Both the position numbers and the translations under genes were made by a program. The notes beneath the pieces are model-generated. The model saw only the letters and a list, made by a program, of their open reading frames with translations. It did no database searches and was not told where the DNA came from. From NCBI RefSeq assembly GCF_009834535.1, contig NC_045697.1, forward strand, positions 100,876,001 to 100,940,000: a stretch of DNA of 64,000 bases. Reading direction: 5' to 3'. Source of the DNA: Camelus ferus (taxonomy: Eukaryota). Positions within the stretch are counted from its first letter, which is position 1. Every line of letters starts with the position of its first letter. Below, one piece after another: positions 1 to 13,925 of this stretch.

Positions 1-1362
1 CCCTGTGCATCCTTCATTTACCAATTTATATAATCATATGATATGTATATAACAGCATATGTCTACTTTCCTAAGCTGTCAGATAGACTTGGTAAATGAT
101 CCAACTACTTTTGTGCTATCATGTTATTAGCAATGTAGCAAAAATAACTTACAACCTACCTTTGTGAAATTTTTTGTGAGAATTAGCAACCATAGCAAAT
201 CTTGAAAATATAAAGGGCTGCCACACTGGAGAAAGAACTATTATAAATAACCTTCATGTAATGCTAACCTTCATGGTGCTAAGTGGGACCAGTGTAAATG
301 AGCTGTCTGAAAGCAATGTTTCATGCTGTTACCTTTGATGTTCTTCCCTGGGGCTCCAAGAGGGCATGAAGGGAAACTGAAGTAGCTTTCCTCTGCCTTG
401 CTCTTGGTAAATTATTTTATATAGACTCATGGTAAATTATCCATTTCTTTTCCCAGAAGAGAGTAAGTCATATTGGATTACAACTGAAGGGCTGGCAGTA
501 GAGGGGAAGGTTTTGTTTTAAACACTATTGATAGAGAATGAACAGAATATGTGAGAAGCTCCACTGTGAACTCCAAATTACATGAGCAACATGGGGCAGT
601 AACTACAAATACGGCACTCATCATAAAGATATCCAATGTGTGCCTTCCCTGATGAAAAGATCCTTTCCTAGTGAAAGGATCTCTGGGTCTGAATGTTTAA
701 CAAAATTCGTAAGTTCATGTGAGCTATTCCTGAACAGTTGCCAGACAAGAGCTTAGAAAACTACAGGCAAAATTTTTCTCTTTCAATCTTATAGAAACCT
801 GAAGTGGGAAAGCAGGTAGATTGTCTACCTTGAGAGAGCCATTAAATGAGAAAGCATCATACAAAATATAGCTCATTACCCCAAGAGCAATCCATCAGGG
901 ATAAACTCTATGCCAATATCTAAAGTAACCAATGCATTTACAAGCTCATTAATTTAACAATATGTCCAGGAGCCTGACTGAGGCTGTGAGTCTGAGATCT
1001 CATAACCACATTCTTTGAAACCACATGTCTGTAGAGAAGCACTTCCAAACCCTGACTGATACCAGTGATTGACATTGCAACATGTGAGATCAAGAAAATC
1101 ACTGAGACTTAATTTTAACCTCAAAGTATCAAACACATCCTGAATTTATAAGAAAAGCCAATGAGTAAGATTCTTTCTAGTTGAATTTATCTTCTTCCAT
1201 CTTGTATTCTAGTCTATTGACAGACTAGATGCCCAATTTCCTGGATAATGGAGAGTGACATCTGGTAACCCAAAGTGCAGCGGTCAAGTCTCTACATAGC
1301 AGAGACCCAGTAGTGCTCACTGATCATTAAGGTGACAGGGAACAAGATGGGAGAGGGCTCAC

Positions 1363-1475
1363 CGTTGCAGCCAGCCACATAATTTCTACATTCTTCCTCT
1401 TTTTGGCTTGGATATTTTGATGGAGATTTTCTAATAATCCTTTTAAATCATTTTGTTCTTGAAAATGTGAAATGT
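1363..1475 (-). CDS. INPP4B: INPP4B coding exon (113 nt, phase 1-0), expected to precede the CX5R catalytic exon
   Basis: Long polypyrimidine tract then ttcag|AC ATT TCA...GCA ACG|gtgagc. Translates (Y)[37 protein letters not shown]. Confidence 0.96.
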
Positions 1476-1911
1476 CTGAAAAAAAAAAGAACAGAGGAAA
1501 AAAAAAAAAAAGGAAACCATGTTAGTACTAAGCAGCCCATGGAGTTTTCTTTAATGTTTGCAAATGCAATTTCTGCAACAACAAATGCCAGTTGGAGCAG
1601 AGAGTATCTGAGGATAATCACACTTATTAATCCTTCCAGTTTTACTCTCCACTTAGAAATATGCCTCAGTCCCCCTTATTCCCTGTGGTGTGTAACTGTG
1701 GTGATGCCACTTGGTCATAAAATACTAAGAAGGGAAACGTCTTTCACGACGATAGCTGCCTCACTTCAACCAAAGTGTACAACGTGAAATACAACTTTCC
1801 ACTTTTTCCTACTGAGCAGCTAGTCTGAATCGTGGGACTCTATCAAACTGAATATCTCAGACGTGGAATTTGAAAGTTCAGCTAAAACACATGAAGTCAG
1901 CTTCTATAGAG

Positions 1912-2107
1912 CAAGATTCCTCAATCTAGACAATACTGACATTTTGGGCTGGATAACATTTTGTTGTGGGGAGTGGGCCTATGTTCTGCATTGTAGGATG
2001 TTAAGCAGCATCATTTAGAAGCCTTCTCGCTGTGACAACCAAAAATATCTCCAGTTGTTGCCAAGTGTTCCTTAAGGGCAAAATCTATCCTGGTTGCGAA
2101 TAACTTC
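1912..2107 (+). mobile_element. MER20-like hAT-Charlie MITE
   Basis: Characteristic ACTGACATTTTGGGCTGGATAA...TTGTTGTGGGG...GTGACAACCAAAAAT.TCTCCAG...GCAAAATC. Confidence 0.8.
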
Positions 2108-5100
2108 GGTTAAGAAGCAAGGGTATGGATGGAAAGAGGAACAACACAAGAGGCGATAGTTAATTATATAGGACAACTGGGGAGGGAGCAGGCAATGACT
2201 GACTGCCCAGATCTCTACATACTAATAACTAGAGCTTGGGTAACAAATGTCGTATGGTTTATATTAAAATCTAAGGCAATGCACATTATGACACAAGTGT
2301 CTCTGAGACTCGGTGAGATGGAATTCAAGACTAGAATACAGTGATGAAAACAAAAAGCCTTTGTAAGAGAGTAGTTGCAACAGCACCGTATGGTATGAAA
2401 ATACACTCTACTGTGGAATCCATAAACTGAGGGATGAAGAATTCCTCAGAGCTTTAATTGAGGCTAAAAACAGGAGAAAATACATAAGAACAGTATGAAC
2501 TACATCTAGGGTATCCAGGCACACTGAAGAAATAAATCCATGATACATTCCTGAATCAGATCACAAAAAATTACACAAATAAGCTTTAATCATAATGAAG
2601 CTTGGCACCTTCCAAAATTGTACCAGATGTTTAACTTTATTAAAATAATATTTCTGAGTAGTTCTTGACTTTAGCTCCAAAGAGTAGAGGAAATATCCTA
2701 GTAAACTGTACTAGCAATCTGTATCTTCGAAAGAGTGGACGTGATTGGTAAAACGGAACTGTCCATAGAAAACAATCATCTATCATCTTGAATTCCATGA
2801 CCACAGACTAGAAGAAAGTCAGGTACAATCTAGATTCATACCCTGTATTAGGAAGGTGAGATTCAAAATGTTCATACAAATATATGCATGATTCCACTTT
2901 ACTGGTTCCGAAATGGGAAAACTGTCAAAAATCAAATCCTTAATATGTTAACTATAGATGACTCTCTTAAGAAAGAGAAGCTTTGACTAAAGATATCGCA
3001 TTGCTAGGTAGGAGACTATCTAATACAGAGAGATTTTAACAGGACATGGCCCAAGAATAAAGGGAAGGCGGTATAATGGAGAATGCCTTGAAGACAGTTG
3101 CAAAACCAACTCAAGACTCTACAGCTCATCAAAGAAAGTAAGGACAACAAGGGTGTCTTCTAATTGATACTTGGAGCACACGAGAAGTAAGTCAGGTCTA
3201 CCAGCACTGCTCCTAATGTTCATAAATGGCAACCAAAACAAAACCCGAAACAGTCCCTGAATTAGAACTCTAAGCAGCAATTTTAAATTGTGTACAAATA
3301 TGTTATTAATACAGAAAGTGCCCTTGACATTGCTGAAAGGAAAAAATGGTCATATTAGTAAATGAATCTGTGTAACATGTGAGTGTGCACGTGTGTACAT
3401 GTTTACCTCTCTTTCTATTTGAATGTAGGCAGAGCTAGATATCCGTTTAGATACTAACAGTGTCCATCTTTAGGTTGTTGGGATTTAGGGTGATTTTTCA
3501 ACTGCATTTTTTATGTCATTTGGGACCTTTAAAATAGATATGTATTGTTTTAAAATAATACAGTGGTTTTAAGAGCAAGGGAGAACAGAGTAAATATGTT
3601 TAACAAAAGGGAAAAAAACAAAGACCTGCTCTCTAGGTCTCCACAGTCTAGTAGGGTGGGATTGATTTTTAAACCATTATTAACTGCAGTAAAGTGTACT
3701 GTGGACTATGATACAAGCCAGTACAGGTATGGGGGCCTAAGAAAAGGATTGGTCAGTTTTCTAAAGAATGGTTGGATGTGGAAAGGTTTCTATTAAAGGT
3801 AATGCTTTGTCTACAGAGAGCATTTGAGGCCAAAAGAAACATGTCAGCAAAGACATGGACTGACGAGGCAGTACTGTAGAAGCAGGGAGCTTGCAGTTCA
3901 CCATGTCCTTGGAGGGCATGGTCCCAGAGGCAAGAATTAGGAAGGGCCTGTTCTGCTATTCTGGGATATCTGAGCTTCATCCTCAAAAATGGAAGCACCT
4001 GGTAAATTTTAAATATGGACAATATCATTTCTGAGAGGCCCTCAAGACACTTTCTGAAGTCACCTGGTACAAAACACTTTCAAACATTTTTTTAAAGCAA
4101 TACAGAATAAGAATTTTACTTTCTTTAATGTCCCACAGCAGGTGTGCATACACATTCACCCTTCTGCAACAACACTTTTATAAAATAATATTTACCCTTA
4201 GAGAGTACACTGCACCCTGAATATATTTTGTTCTATTCCATCAAGCTTTCTTTTGAGTGTTGGTCCCAACCCACCAAATTGATTTCACACCTATAAGGTC
4301 AACACAAAAAACTTGCAAAGCACTGATTAAGGGCAACTCCATGGCCAAGTTGCTTAGGTGACTTTTTCACAAGGTTCACAGTCAGAGGGAGTCAAGTCAA
4401 AAATCCAGTCTCCCAACTCCTATGCCAGTAATTTCCCTCAAATCTGCGTTAGCGTCTTCACAACTGGTGGTACAAAAAAGCAATCTAGTATTAACACAGT
4501 GGACCAGCTTCTTGAAAATTCTGAGACTCCAGAACAAAGCATAATAAATTTTCAAAATAATTTAGTTTCATAGTTGAGATGGAGATTTTTTAAACAGCCA
4601 TTTAAAACAGACTGTAAGGTTCCTAAAAATAAGTTGAGCAAATGGCCATCTTTTGCACATTTCTACCCCATAAAGATAGTGCTATCAGATACACAGAAAT
4701 GATATCCGACAGAAATTTCACCCCTTCTCCCCATGGCATGCTTTTTAGAAGAAGGTCATCTTGATGTTTTTAAAATTTCAGCCACTGCTTCTATTTTTGT
4801 AATGATGGAACTTGCTTATTCAGAGCACACCCCTATCAGTCCAACACCCTGGCTGCTGCCAATTGTTTTCAACCTGACAAAAATCCTGCAGGCTGTAGAA
4901 ATTCAGGTCCAGTTCTGGAAAGTAGTAGCATTAATAAAGACTATTACTGTGCATTACTAGGTGAAATTTCAAGATATAATGATCGATCCTGATATACCAA
5001 CTGAAAATCATGGCATACAAGGAACATGGCTTTAGACTTAGAATGAGTTTCCTACAATGTAAATAAAGCCAATAAATCTTGCTTTTGCTACTCACTCTGG

Positions 5101-5189
5101 CACTTCTCTAGCACCAAATTTAGACAGAACAATTGACTCTCTATACCAACCTCCATAAGAGCATTCTTTTTTTTTCAGGTGGAGTTCAA

Positions 5190-5770
5190 GAAAGTAACCA
5201 GAAGTTGAAAGGTATAAGAATGTTCATTGCCCTATCGCTTATAATTAAACAGCAGCAAGAAATTTAAATGATCATAAAGAGAACAGAAAAACTGTCAGGT
5301 ATATGTGTGTGTGTGTGCGTGTGTGTGTATGTGTATGTATGTGTGTGTGTGTGTATATATATATATCCCTGACAAGAAATATTATATAATAGGCCAAATG
5401 AATAAACGTGCTGTATATATCAACAGATATATACTAAAAACTATGGAGCAAAAAAAAAAAAAAAAGATTCATACAAGATAATAGCAGCAATATAAAGTTA
5501 AATGTACAAAACTGTACCACATTTTTATGGATACATACCTATGCAGGAAAAATATGTATGAGAACATAAAGCACCAAATTCAAGGTACTGATTTTCTCAG
5601 AGAAGGGAAGGTGAGGGATAGGAACCATAAAAGGTACAAAGGGGGCTTCTACTCTGTCTATAAATAGTTGTTTCTTACAAAATTTCTGAGACTGAGTGAT
5701 GGGGTCCCCAGTGTTTGTACTTTATGATCTGCTCCTTCTTTTTGTTTGAAACATTCAATATTCTTTTTAA
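5190..5770 (+). mobile_element. Degenerate old L1 (L1ME-like) 3' fragment with embedded (TG)n(TA)n microsatellite at 5300-5366
   Basis: AAGAATGTTCATTGC start, A-rich composition and L1M 3' UTR-like motifs. The microsatellite is seen directly. Confidence 0.55.
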
Positions 5771-5789
5771 AGAAAGCACTGAGCCAAGA

Positions 5790-5960
5790 TTCCAGGAAAA
5801 TGGCTTCTAACGCTAACTCCATCCCTGCTTTGACGTGTGGTCATAGGCGATTGCTTAACCCTCTGTCCTTAGTTTTTCAACTGCAAAGTGAGGACAATGA
5901 CCCTGACACGCTTCATCGACTTGTAGTGGAAAACAATTAATAAAAGTCTTGGCAGAAGAG
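5790..5960 (+). mobile_element. MIR SINE
   Basis: MIR core-like TTGCTTAACCCTCTGTCCTTAGTTTTTCAACTGCAAAGTGAGGACAATGA. Confidence 0.65.
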
Positions 5961-6439
5961 GCTACATTATTAAATTCTGTGTCAACTCTGAAAAACAGAG
6001 GCAGACATTCGTCCTAAGGAAGTGTACATAGCCTCAGATAGGAAGCCTATTTTCTTAGACAAAAGCCTGAATTTACCCAAAGTAAGAAATAGGCTCTCAC
6101 AGACAGATGCATAGACGATCGTGACCTCAAACATTCACAAAGCCGGTGACTATCCTCTTGCCACTCCCCAATGGATCAGAAGAGCCAAGTTCAAAGTCCC
6201 TTTGTAGTGTCTGTTTTTCCTTGCTTTGTCAAATGGGATTTCTTTAACAGCAGTTCTGAACATGACATTGATGTGACTCAAAGGCAGGGAGGGTCTGACA
6301 AGTGAACAGGAGTGGGACCATGTGCTTCTACGTGCTCTCAGCTCACTGAGCTGTGATGCTAAGGAGGCCAAGGCAACAGCTTCATCACCTCCTGGTCAAA
6401 TGATTTTATGCAGTTAGAGAATGTTCCAGCATAAAATGA

Positions 6440-6990
6440 AAATTACAGCTGCCTTCCCGTCACCTGTTCCACCCATCTTCCCCTAAGTTGCAGGCACAAC
6501 ATTTACAGAGATCAGTCACACCGAAGTCAACTGGTATATTCCCGTCCCCTTTGAAATTAGGATGAGTTCAAGGAAGAAAACCTAAATCTAAGCCAATCAG
6601 TTTGACTCTGACCTCAGAAATTGTTTCAGAGTTATGTAAGTGATCTATGCTGTTCCTCCTGAGTGAAGCTCAGGACTCTATAAAGGGGAAGAGGGAAGGA
6701 AAGCTCTCTTTAGCTTTGTCTGAGCATACAGTTGAGAGTGGGAATAATTGCTCATGCCAGCAATCTCTTCATCACAAAGGGACTAGATGTAGGACAAAGT
6801 CAACAATAAAAGTGACACAGTGGTGAAACAGGACAGAGAAGTGTCCTTTGGTACTGCTAAGCCACTGAACCAACCCTCTCTTAAAGGGTGGCCTGCCTTG
6901 CCACTGAAATGTCCAGTTTTGTTAAACAATGCCTGTTTGAATGAGGGTTACTGTCACTTGCAACCAAAAGCATTCTAAGGCAAATACATG
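6440..6990 (+). mobile_element. Old MaLR LTR (MLT1J/K-like)
   Basis: AGCCAATCAG motif and 3' end GTCACTTGCAACCAAAAGCATTCTAA typical of old MLT1 LTRs. Confidence 0.55.
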
Positions 6991-7103
6991 GTTATACAGG
7001 CATTTTTAACATTGACCAGCCATAGTGCAAATGTGTCCTGTTGTTTTAGAGATGAGAAAATGACAAGGAAGAGTATTTATGGAAAGCAGCACATCAGTCA
7101 CTT

Positions 7104-7673
7104 CTACAGTGATGGTTTTAAAACAGGGCCCCACGTTCTTTGACCCTCCTTCTACTGAGAGATGGAATTTTTGTACCTTCATCTGGAAGCTGGGTGGGCT
7201 TGCAACTGTCTTGACTAATAGAATATGGCACAGATGATGCTATGTGACTTCAGATGCCGGGTCATAAAAGTATGTAGCTCCTGCCTTATTCTCCTGGAAT
7301 TTTGCTCTCTGTATTCCTTTTCAGGAATCTTCTAAGAGCTGAGGCACTATGCTAGGAGAAGCCTATGTCACATGGAGGATCCCATTTAGTTACTCCAGTC
7401 AGCAGCTTCAGCTGAGCCCAGCCTTTGAGTCATCCTAGTCCAGATGACAGAACGTGAGTGCAGAAGGCTGAAGATGACTCCAGTCACCTAAGGGGCCCCA
7501 GCCATTCTTCTTTTCAGCTCAGGTCCCAGATATCATGGAGTGGAGAGAAACCATCTCCACCCACCCTGTATGAATACCTAACCCACAGGATCTGTGAGCA
7601 CGAATAAAATGATTCTGACTTTATATCAGTAAAGATGGGATAATTTATTACTTAGCAATAAATTACCAGAACA
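7104..7673 (+). mobile_element. MaLR solo LTR (MLT1G/H-like)
   Basis: TTGACTAATAGAATATGGCA...ATGTGACTTC, CAGCTGAGCCCAGCC, CCCACAGGATCTGTGAGC..AATAAAATG, and terminal GCAATAAATTACCAGAACA. Confidence 0.75.
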
Positions 7674-9994
7674 ACTACAGTAAAAACACCTTAGAAGGGA
7701 CTGTGCTCTTAAGTAAGAAAAAAATGAACATTTGAAGAACAATGATTTCACAGTCCACTCCAGTTAGTACTATATGCTGTAATACCAAATTTTTCTATAA
7801 TTAATTCTGAAACAATAATAGCTAAATGTACTAGCAAGCAAATACAATTAGGTGAAAGCCATTGAGATGTCTTAAAATTGGAAATTATGCTCTTTTAGAG
7901 GCTGTAAAATCTTGAAAATTATAAAAGAAAAAGCCCCACTGAAACCAGCTTTACTTAAATTGTATTTCTAATATCCAGTTTTTGAAAAAGGCAATATAAG
8001 AAATCAATTATCAAACTCCCAACCTGATCAGAGCTGAATAATATTTTTGACCTACACATTTTCATTGTTTCTTCTTATGTAAATTTCAAGGTTGCATCAC
8101 TCAGAGCAAAGGAAAAGACAAACTTCAAAACTAATTGTTCAAATAAATTAAAAGCCATGTTTTAACAATTCTTTTAGAATTTCCTCGCTCACTATTGCAC
8201 ATTGAAGGCCATGAGACTTGGATTGTAGAGAGAAGCGTAGAATTATAAAATATTAACCTTTTTCCTATTTTTTTAAGAAGCATTCATGATTTAATTTTAG
8301 AATCTTCAAACAATTTAGAGTCATGTCAAGGGTAAGGAGATAAACTGTCGGTAGGTGACTCTCAAAAATGTAAGTTTTGCTCTCCTCAAGATACTGGTAT
8401 TAATTCAGGTCAAATTCAGATATTTATCTCCAAAGGGAAGATGAGTCCTAAGATTTCTAACACCCACCTCCCTTCTCACTGTGGGGGCGATGATCTTATC
8501 CTAACAGTGATGAGTTCCAAAATGAAAAATGTGCTTTTCTCAAAAGATTACCAGAAAAGCAGAGAATATGAAAAAAGTTCAATAAGGTTACTATAGATAG
8601 CTATTTGAAGGATTACAGACATGACTGAGAAGAAAAGAGGCTACTGAATGGAGGAGAGGCAAGTTAGTTCAAATGGTAGGAAGAGCTTTACAATCAAATT
8701 TAACTGGATCAATAATAAGTTTGTATACAGGAGAAATAGAACTCTCTTGAGAAGCTCAAAGTGCACATAATCATTGTCTTCTCCATCTTGCTAACATTTG
8801 TAAGTGCAGTGTGGGTGTGACATCTTCTCATCACAGAAACTGGCACTGGAAATATTAACATCCTTTCTCTGGTGAGATAATGGCAGAACGTACTTTCAAG
8901 TGCAGGTATATACATATTAATTATTCTCAGTTAGCTGATAATCAAGTGGAGGCATTCACAGCATCAAGTCATTCACCCAAGTGAACTTCCAGTTGAATTC
9001 CTATCTTTTGATTTTATGGCATTTTGGGCAGACTTATTAGACTGGTTTACTGGGAGTCCAGCCAATCTTTAATAAGTGAAGTCTGAAGCAAGGAGAGCCC
9101 CAGTGAGAAGGAAAGAATGTACAAAAATGTAAGGATGGCTAAAAATCTGAGTCTTGACCCACACAAATTTGAGAACAGGGCTAACCAAAATAACTGATGT
9201 GTCTAATTTGTGAGGACCATGTAATAACATGGAAGATGCAGGGATCGATGCTGAGTTGAACAAGGAGGTGGCCATTTGTATGTGTGTATTTGAGTACGTG
9301 TATGTATCTTTGTTACTTGCAGTGTTTGTATTTGCTGCTCTGATCCAGACCACAAGTTAATGGGCACTAAAAGACTCTGCCTGTGGTTTTATGCAACCAT
9401 AGAAAATTAAAATTGAGTATTGTTTTGTATCACTCTTCTTTTCAAAAAGACACAGGAGTGCTTCAAAAGACATCACAATTAAATAAAGTATTTTTAATCT
9501 TTACCAGTATTAAAAATTTCAAGAGGTAAGTGCATCTGAGTTTTTTATGCAATGAATTGAAAATAAATTTGTAATTATAAAAATGTAGAAATTATAAACA
9601 GAAAAATCAAAGTCTGCTGCTGGAAATACTCTAGTATTTTTAAATCTACAATTTTAAATTTAGAAGAGCAGAAGCCCATAGACAGCCATGGAAGAATAGC
9701 AGTGGTGAAGTGATAAGAACACTGAACTGGGAGTCAAAAAAATCATAGAATTTAGCCCTGTTCTCCCATCAGCTAGGTGTGTGAACTTAACAGAATCTAT
9801 CCTGAATCCCAACCCCTCATAATAAATAATAGGGTTAAACTAGATCAGTATTTCTTAAGCAATGTCCTGAGGAACACTTATTTAGTAAGACGCTCATGAA
9901 TATTTCGTGCGTTTTTTTGTGTGTGTGTGGTGGTCCTATTACGCAATCAAAATGCTATTTTAAATAAAATTAAATAGGTGCAGACACTATAGAT

Positions 9995-10213
9995 TAGGGT
10001 TGGCAAACTATGGCTGGCAGGCTAAACCCAGCCAATTCTGTGTTTTTATAAACACAGGTTCATTAGAGTTCAGCCAAGTACATTAATTTACATATCGCCT
10101 ATGGTTTATTTTGCACTACAATGGCTGAGTCAAAGAGTTGTGACAGATCACATGGCCTGCAAAGTCTGAAGTATCTACTTTCTGATCCTTTACATTAAAC
10201 AGTTGATGGCTGC
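9995..10213 (+). mobile_element. MER58A-like hAT-Charlie MITE
   Basis: AGGGTTGGCAAACTATGGC...TTTACATATCGCCTATGG...CACTACAATGGC.GAGT...ATGGCCTGCAAAGTCTGAAGTAT. Confidence 0.8.
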
Positions 10214-10410
10214 ACAATAGACCTTCTGAAAACTTTCAGTGTGATAACGTCAATTCCAAAATCATTTGACGATAGAATTCTTTTATTCTCCAACAATTAT
10301 TAGCAGAAAGAGTGTTTTCTGGAATAGTTTAGATTAGATTATTTCCAAGATCCAATTGTTCTCTGATTCTTCAAAACATCCAACTAAATAACCCAATTTA
10401 TCCCATTTAT

Positions 10411-11920
10411 TCCATTCATTCATTCAACAAATATTTATAGAGTATAATGTATGTGCTAGACAATGTTTTTGGTAGTTGGAGTATAAAGTTAACAAATGAA
10501 CAAGAAGACTTGTCCTCATGGAGCACACATTCTGGGGAGGAGATACAGCCAAGCAAGGTGTGTGACATACTGTATTCTACCTGGTGACAGATGTCATGCA
10601 GAAAAATAAAGTGAGATGTGGACCTGGGCATTGGGGCTGCAATTTTAAAGACAGTGGTCAAAAAAGTCTTATTGAGAAAGTGACATTTGGAGAAAGACTT
10701 CAAAGGAGGTGAGTGAGCAACCATATGGGGGAAAGCATTTAAGGCAGAGGAAACAGCCAATGACAAGGTTCTAAGAAATAGCAAGAGGTCAGTGTGGGGC
10801 AGAATGAAGCAAGTTAGGGCGAGAGAGGAGGAGAGAGAAGTCAAAAGATCGGATTTTTTTTGCCAGATTATTCGGGGCCTTAGAGGCCTTTGTAAGAATT
10901 TAGGTTTTAACTCTGAAAAAAAAAAAAAAGAAAAAGAAAGATAGGGGGTTATTGGAAGATTTTGAGAAGAGACATGATTAGGTTTTCATCTTTAAAACGT
11001 CATCTTGGCTGCTGTGATCAAAGAAGACAGAACGGTGGGTGGAGGGAAATAGCTCAGTGGTAGAGCACATGCTCAGCATGCACGAGGTCCTGGGTTCCGT
11101 CCTCAGTACCTCTGTCAAAAATAAATACATAAATAAAATAAAATTTTAAAAAGCCAATTGTTCTTTTTAGAGAAAAGACTGAATAACATTGAGAGCAGAA
11201 ATAAAGAGACTGGGAGGAGGTTTTGCCATAATCTGGAAGCAACAATAGCACAGATTTGCACAGAGGTAGCAGTACAGGTGGACAGAACTGGTCACACATT
11301 TTGAAAATACAGCCAATGAAGTTTTCTGAGGGAATGAAAGTGGGATGTGAGAGAAAGAGTCAAGGGTAGCTATGTTTTTTTCTTATCACAGCAATAAAAA
11401 GTTGGAAATGATAAAAACTGAAATGGGGAAGATTATGGGAAAAGCAAGTTTTTATTGGCACATCAGGAACAGAATTTGAGGTGATGAGAGACACACATAA
11501 GTTCAGGGAAGAGAGATGGGCAGGTGATGTAGGTATGGAGGGGGATAATTAAAGGATGGCATTTAAAGCAATGAGACTGTTCAACAGGGGAGCAGAGTAG
11601 ACATCCATGCACTGACTCCTGGTACTCTCAACATTCAGACGTCAGAAAGAGAATGCTGAATCAGTAATGGAGGTTGGAACATGGCAACCAGAGAGCAGGA
11701 GAAATCACAGAAAAGGGTGGTGGCCTGGAGGCTGAGTGACGAAAGAGAGAAAAAACCACCATGTCAAACCTATTACTTGATCAAGTAGGATGAAGACAGA
11801 GAACTGAGCATTAATTTTAACAGAAATCCTGATAAAAACAGTTCCAGTGAAGTTATGTGGACCAAAGGCTGACTACAGTGGGCTTAGGAGAAAATTGGGT
11901 AGAGAATAATTGGAGACAAT
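10411..11920 (-). mobile_element. L2 LINE 3' portion, interrupted by the SINE at 11041
   Basis: Begins with the antisense L2 tail CATTCATTCATTCAACAAATATTTAT, then about 1.4 kb of purine-rich antisense L2-like sequence. Confidence 0.8.
11041..11152 (+). mobile_element. tRNA-derived SINE, camelid Vic-1-like, inserted in an L2
   Basis: A box TAGCTCAGTGG, degenerate B box GGTTCCGTCC, body GCATGCACGAGGTCCTGG...CAGTACCTC, A-rich tail. Confidence 0.85.
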
Positions 11921-12645
11921 AATCTTCAAATTCCACTTTTGTCTGCTCTTTGGGGAACATTTCCAACTTTAAAGAAGTCCTGCATTATAACATAATTTTC
12001 CCATGTACTGCCAATACATTTTACTCATCTTTCTGTATGTCTATGCAATGCCAAACATATGGATAAAATGTGAAAAATTCCTCAGCCATCTGAATGTTTC
12101 CAAATACACATACGTTTGAAATAAAATCAGCAAAATATTTGGATGACTAACTGGATTTTTCATTTGTATATTTGGATGTCTACATAGTATCAAAGTCGAG
12201 ATGTCTGTAAAACAGAAATCATTATTGCTAATTTAATTATGTCATAGTAACTTATAGTTTCTATTGGAAGGATTGTCATGTGTTAATTTAAGAAAATCCT
12301 TATATCTTCATTTACTTTATATCCTCAAATTTGTTAAAAATACAGAACATTTTATAATATTCAGATTATTCTTTGTGCTTAGGAAACTTAGACACATGAA
12401 CTTACCTTGACATAATAAATCAAGGTAATCTTGCATTGAACAGAATCATGAAGACAGCTGAGTTGCTTTATATACACATTTCACGTAGGTCGATAAATGT
12501 TAAGCAACAAATAAATAAAAGATACAATAGATTTACTATTCTGAACATTTTCACTTTCTTTCACATTCTTGCCTAGAGTACTAGTGAAATGCAAAACACA
12601 GATTTACAATTTGATAGCCAAATCGGTAACATTTTACAAATCTAA

Positions 12646-12775
12646 GCCAGTAGTTCTCAAATCTTATCGTGCAGTTAAACTACCTGGGGACTGGGGAGGT
12701 GGGATCTTGTTAAAACACAAACTGCTGACCCCACGTCCAGATGTGGATTTGTTTGACATGACTCCTGCACGCGTA
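12646..12775 (+). mobile_element. MER5A-like hAT MITE fragment
   Basis: CAGTAGTTCTCAAA...ACCTGGGGA...CTTGTTAAAACACAAACTGCTGACCCCAC. Confidence 0.65.
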
Positions 12776-12809
12776 AAAGGTGGGGAGAGGTGATGAGTGG
12801 CAGAGAGGT

Positions 12810-13352
12810 AGGCTGTGCTCATCGACTGCCGGTTTGCTCTCATATCTACCTGAACCTTTTCCCATTCTGCTCTTTATCACAGGTAGCCTCACTTCCCAGG
12901 CTACTTGCTGCCCTTTGATCCACAATTAAGTGTGGACATGAGGATTAAGGGGGTGATTAGATGGAAGGAATAAGCCAGAAGCCAGTATATTTCTCTCCCG
13001 ATCTCTGTTTCTTCTGCTGCTTCTGAAAGTGGTCATGGCTTTTCCATGGCCACAGCTCCCATGGGACAACATCTCTGTTCATGGTCCCAGCTTCTGCTGG
13101 ACAGCCCCTGCCGAGAAGCTGGATCTGGGGGCCGATGGGGGAGGGGGCGGCATTTGTGCTCTGGTGCCACTATATCTGACCTAGGTCCCTTTAGCACCTG
13201 GGTTACCCGTTGCCAGGTTTTCCTGCGATTGCTAAATGCTGGGTGGCTGCATCACCCTGGTAAATTTCTCCCAGATTTCTTCATGTTTATCTCCAATACT
13301 CTGCAGTAAATTCTGAGAATGCTTGTTTACAGGACTGGGCTCCGACTAATAT
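12810..13352 (+). mobile_element. Old ERVL-type LTR (LTR33-like)
   Basis: GC-richer 540-bp block with CTTCCCAGGCTACTTGC and TTGCTAAATGCTGGG...CATCACCC, ending GACTAATATG. Confidence 0.5.
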
Positions 13353-13834
13353 GGCTACTAAGAATTTAGTATTATTTTTCATTTGACCACAGGACGATCT
13401 AGGCTAGCAATCCTGTCTAATTCAGACACTCTTCTCTACATGATCTTGTTTGCAGGTGAATCATAGCCTGGCCTCATCCCCAAAGTTTATAGCTGAGAGG
13501 AAGCAGAGATAAAACAGACACTGGGAAAAGGGAGAAAGGTGATGTGGCAAAGGGTCTACCGGTACTTTTTGTCACCTGCAGCGGAACCTCAGGTGACAGA
13601 ATAAAAAGTAGCCTCTGATGTCACTGTTCTGTGAATGTTGAGAGGCAGTCCTAATGTTCAGAGAAGGTCTCTTTATATAAATGTGAACGTTTCGGAGGAA
13701 ATCTAGTATTACCACGAGGGGGAGAAAGTTTAGCAATTTAGAAATTTACTTTGAAACCTGAAATAGTTAACCTGTATCAGAAAGTCCCTTTGTTAATCAG
13801 AAATACTCAGATTGTTGAAAGCCTTTTAGTGAGG

Positions 13835-13925
13835 TATGTGCATGTGTGCTGTGTGTGTGTGTGTGCGTGTGTGTTGTATGTGTGAGTGCACGTGTGTGTG
13901 TGCAGTCGCCTGTCTGTGCACGTGC
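13835..13925. repeat. Imperfect (TG)n microsatellite
   Basis: Seen directly; it explains the Cys/Val-rich ORFs 13836..14036 and 13886..14098. Confidence 0.9.

Noticed and set aside
658..682. Perfect 10-bp hairpin agatcctttc-ctagt-gaaaggatct
   Set aside because: About one such stem is expected by chance in 64 kb of AT-rich DNA; too short for a miRNA precursor and no supporting context.
11041..11112. tRNA gene
   Set aside because: Has tRNA-like boxes but a degenerate B box, an A-rich tail and a related copy at 20382-20505, so it is a SINE.
10416..11299. 142-aa and 81-aa minus-strand ORFs
   Set aside because: They lie within L2 and SINE sequence, have non-ATG starts and show no recognisable protein.
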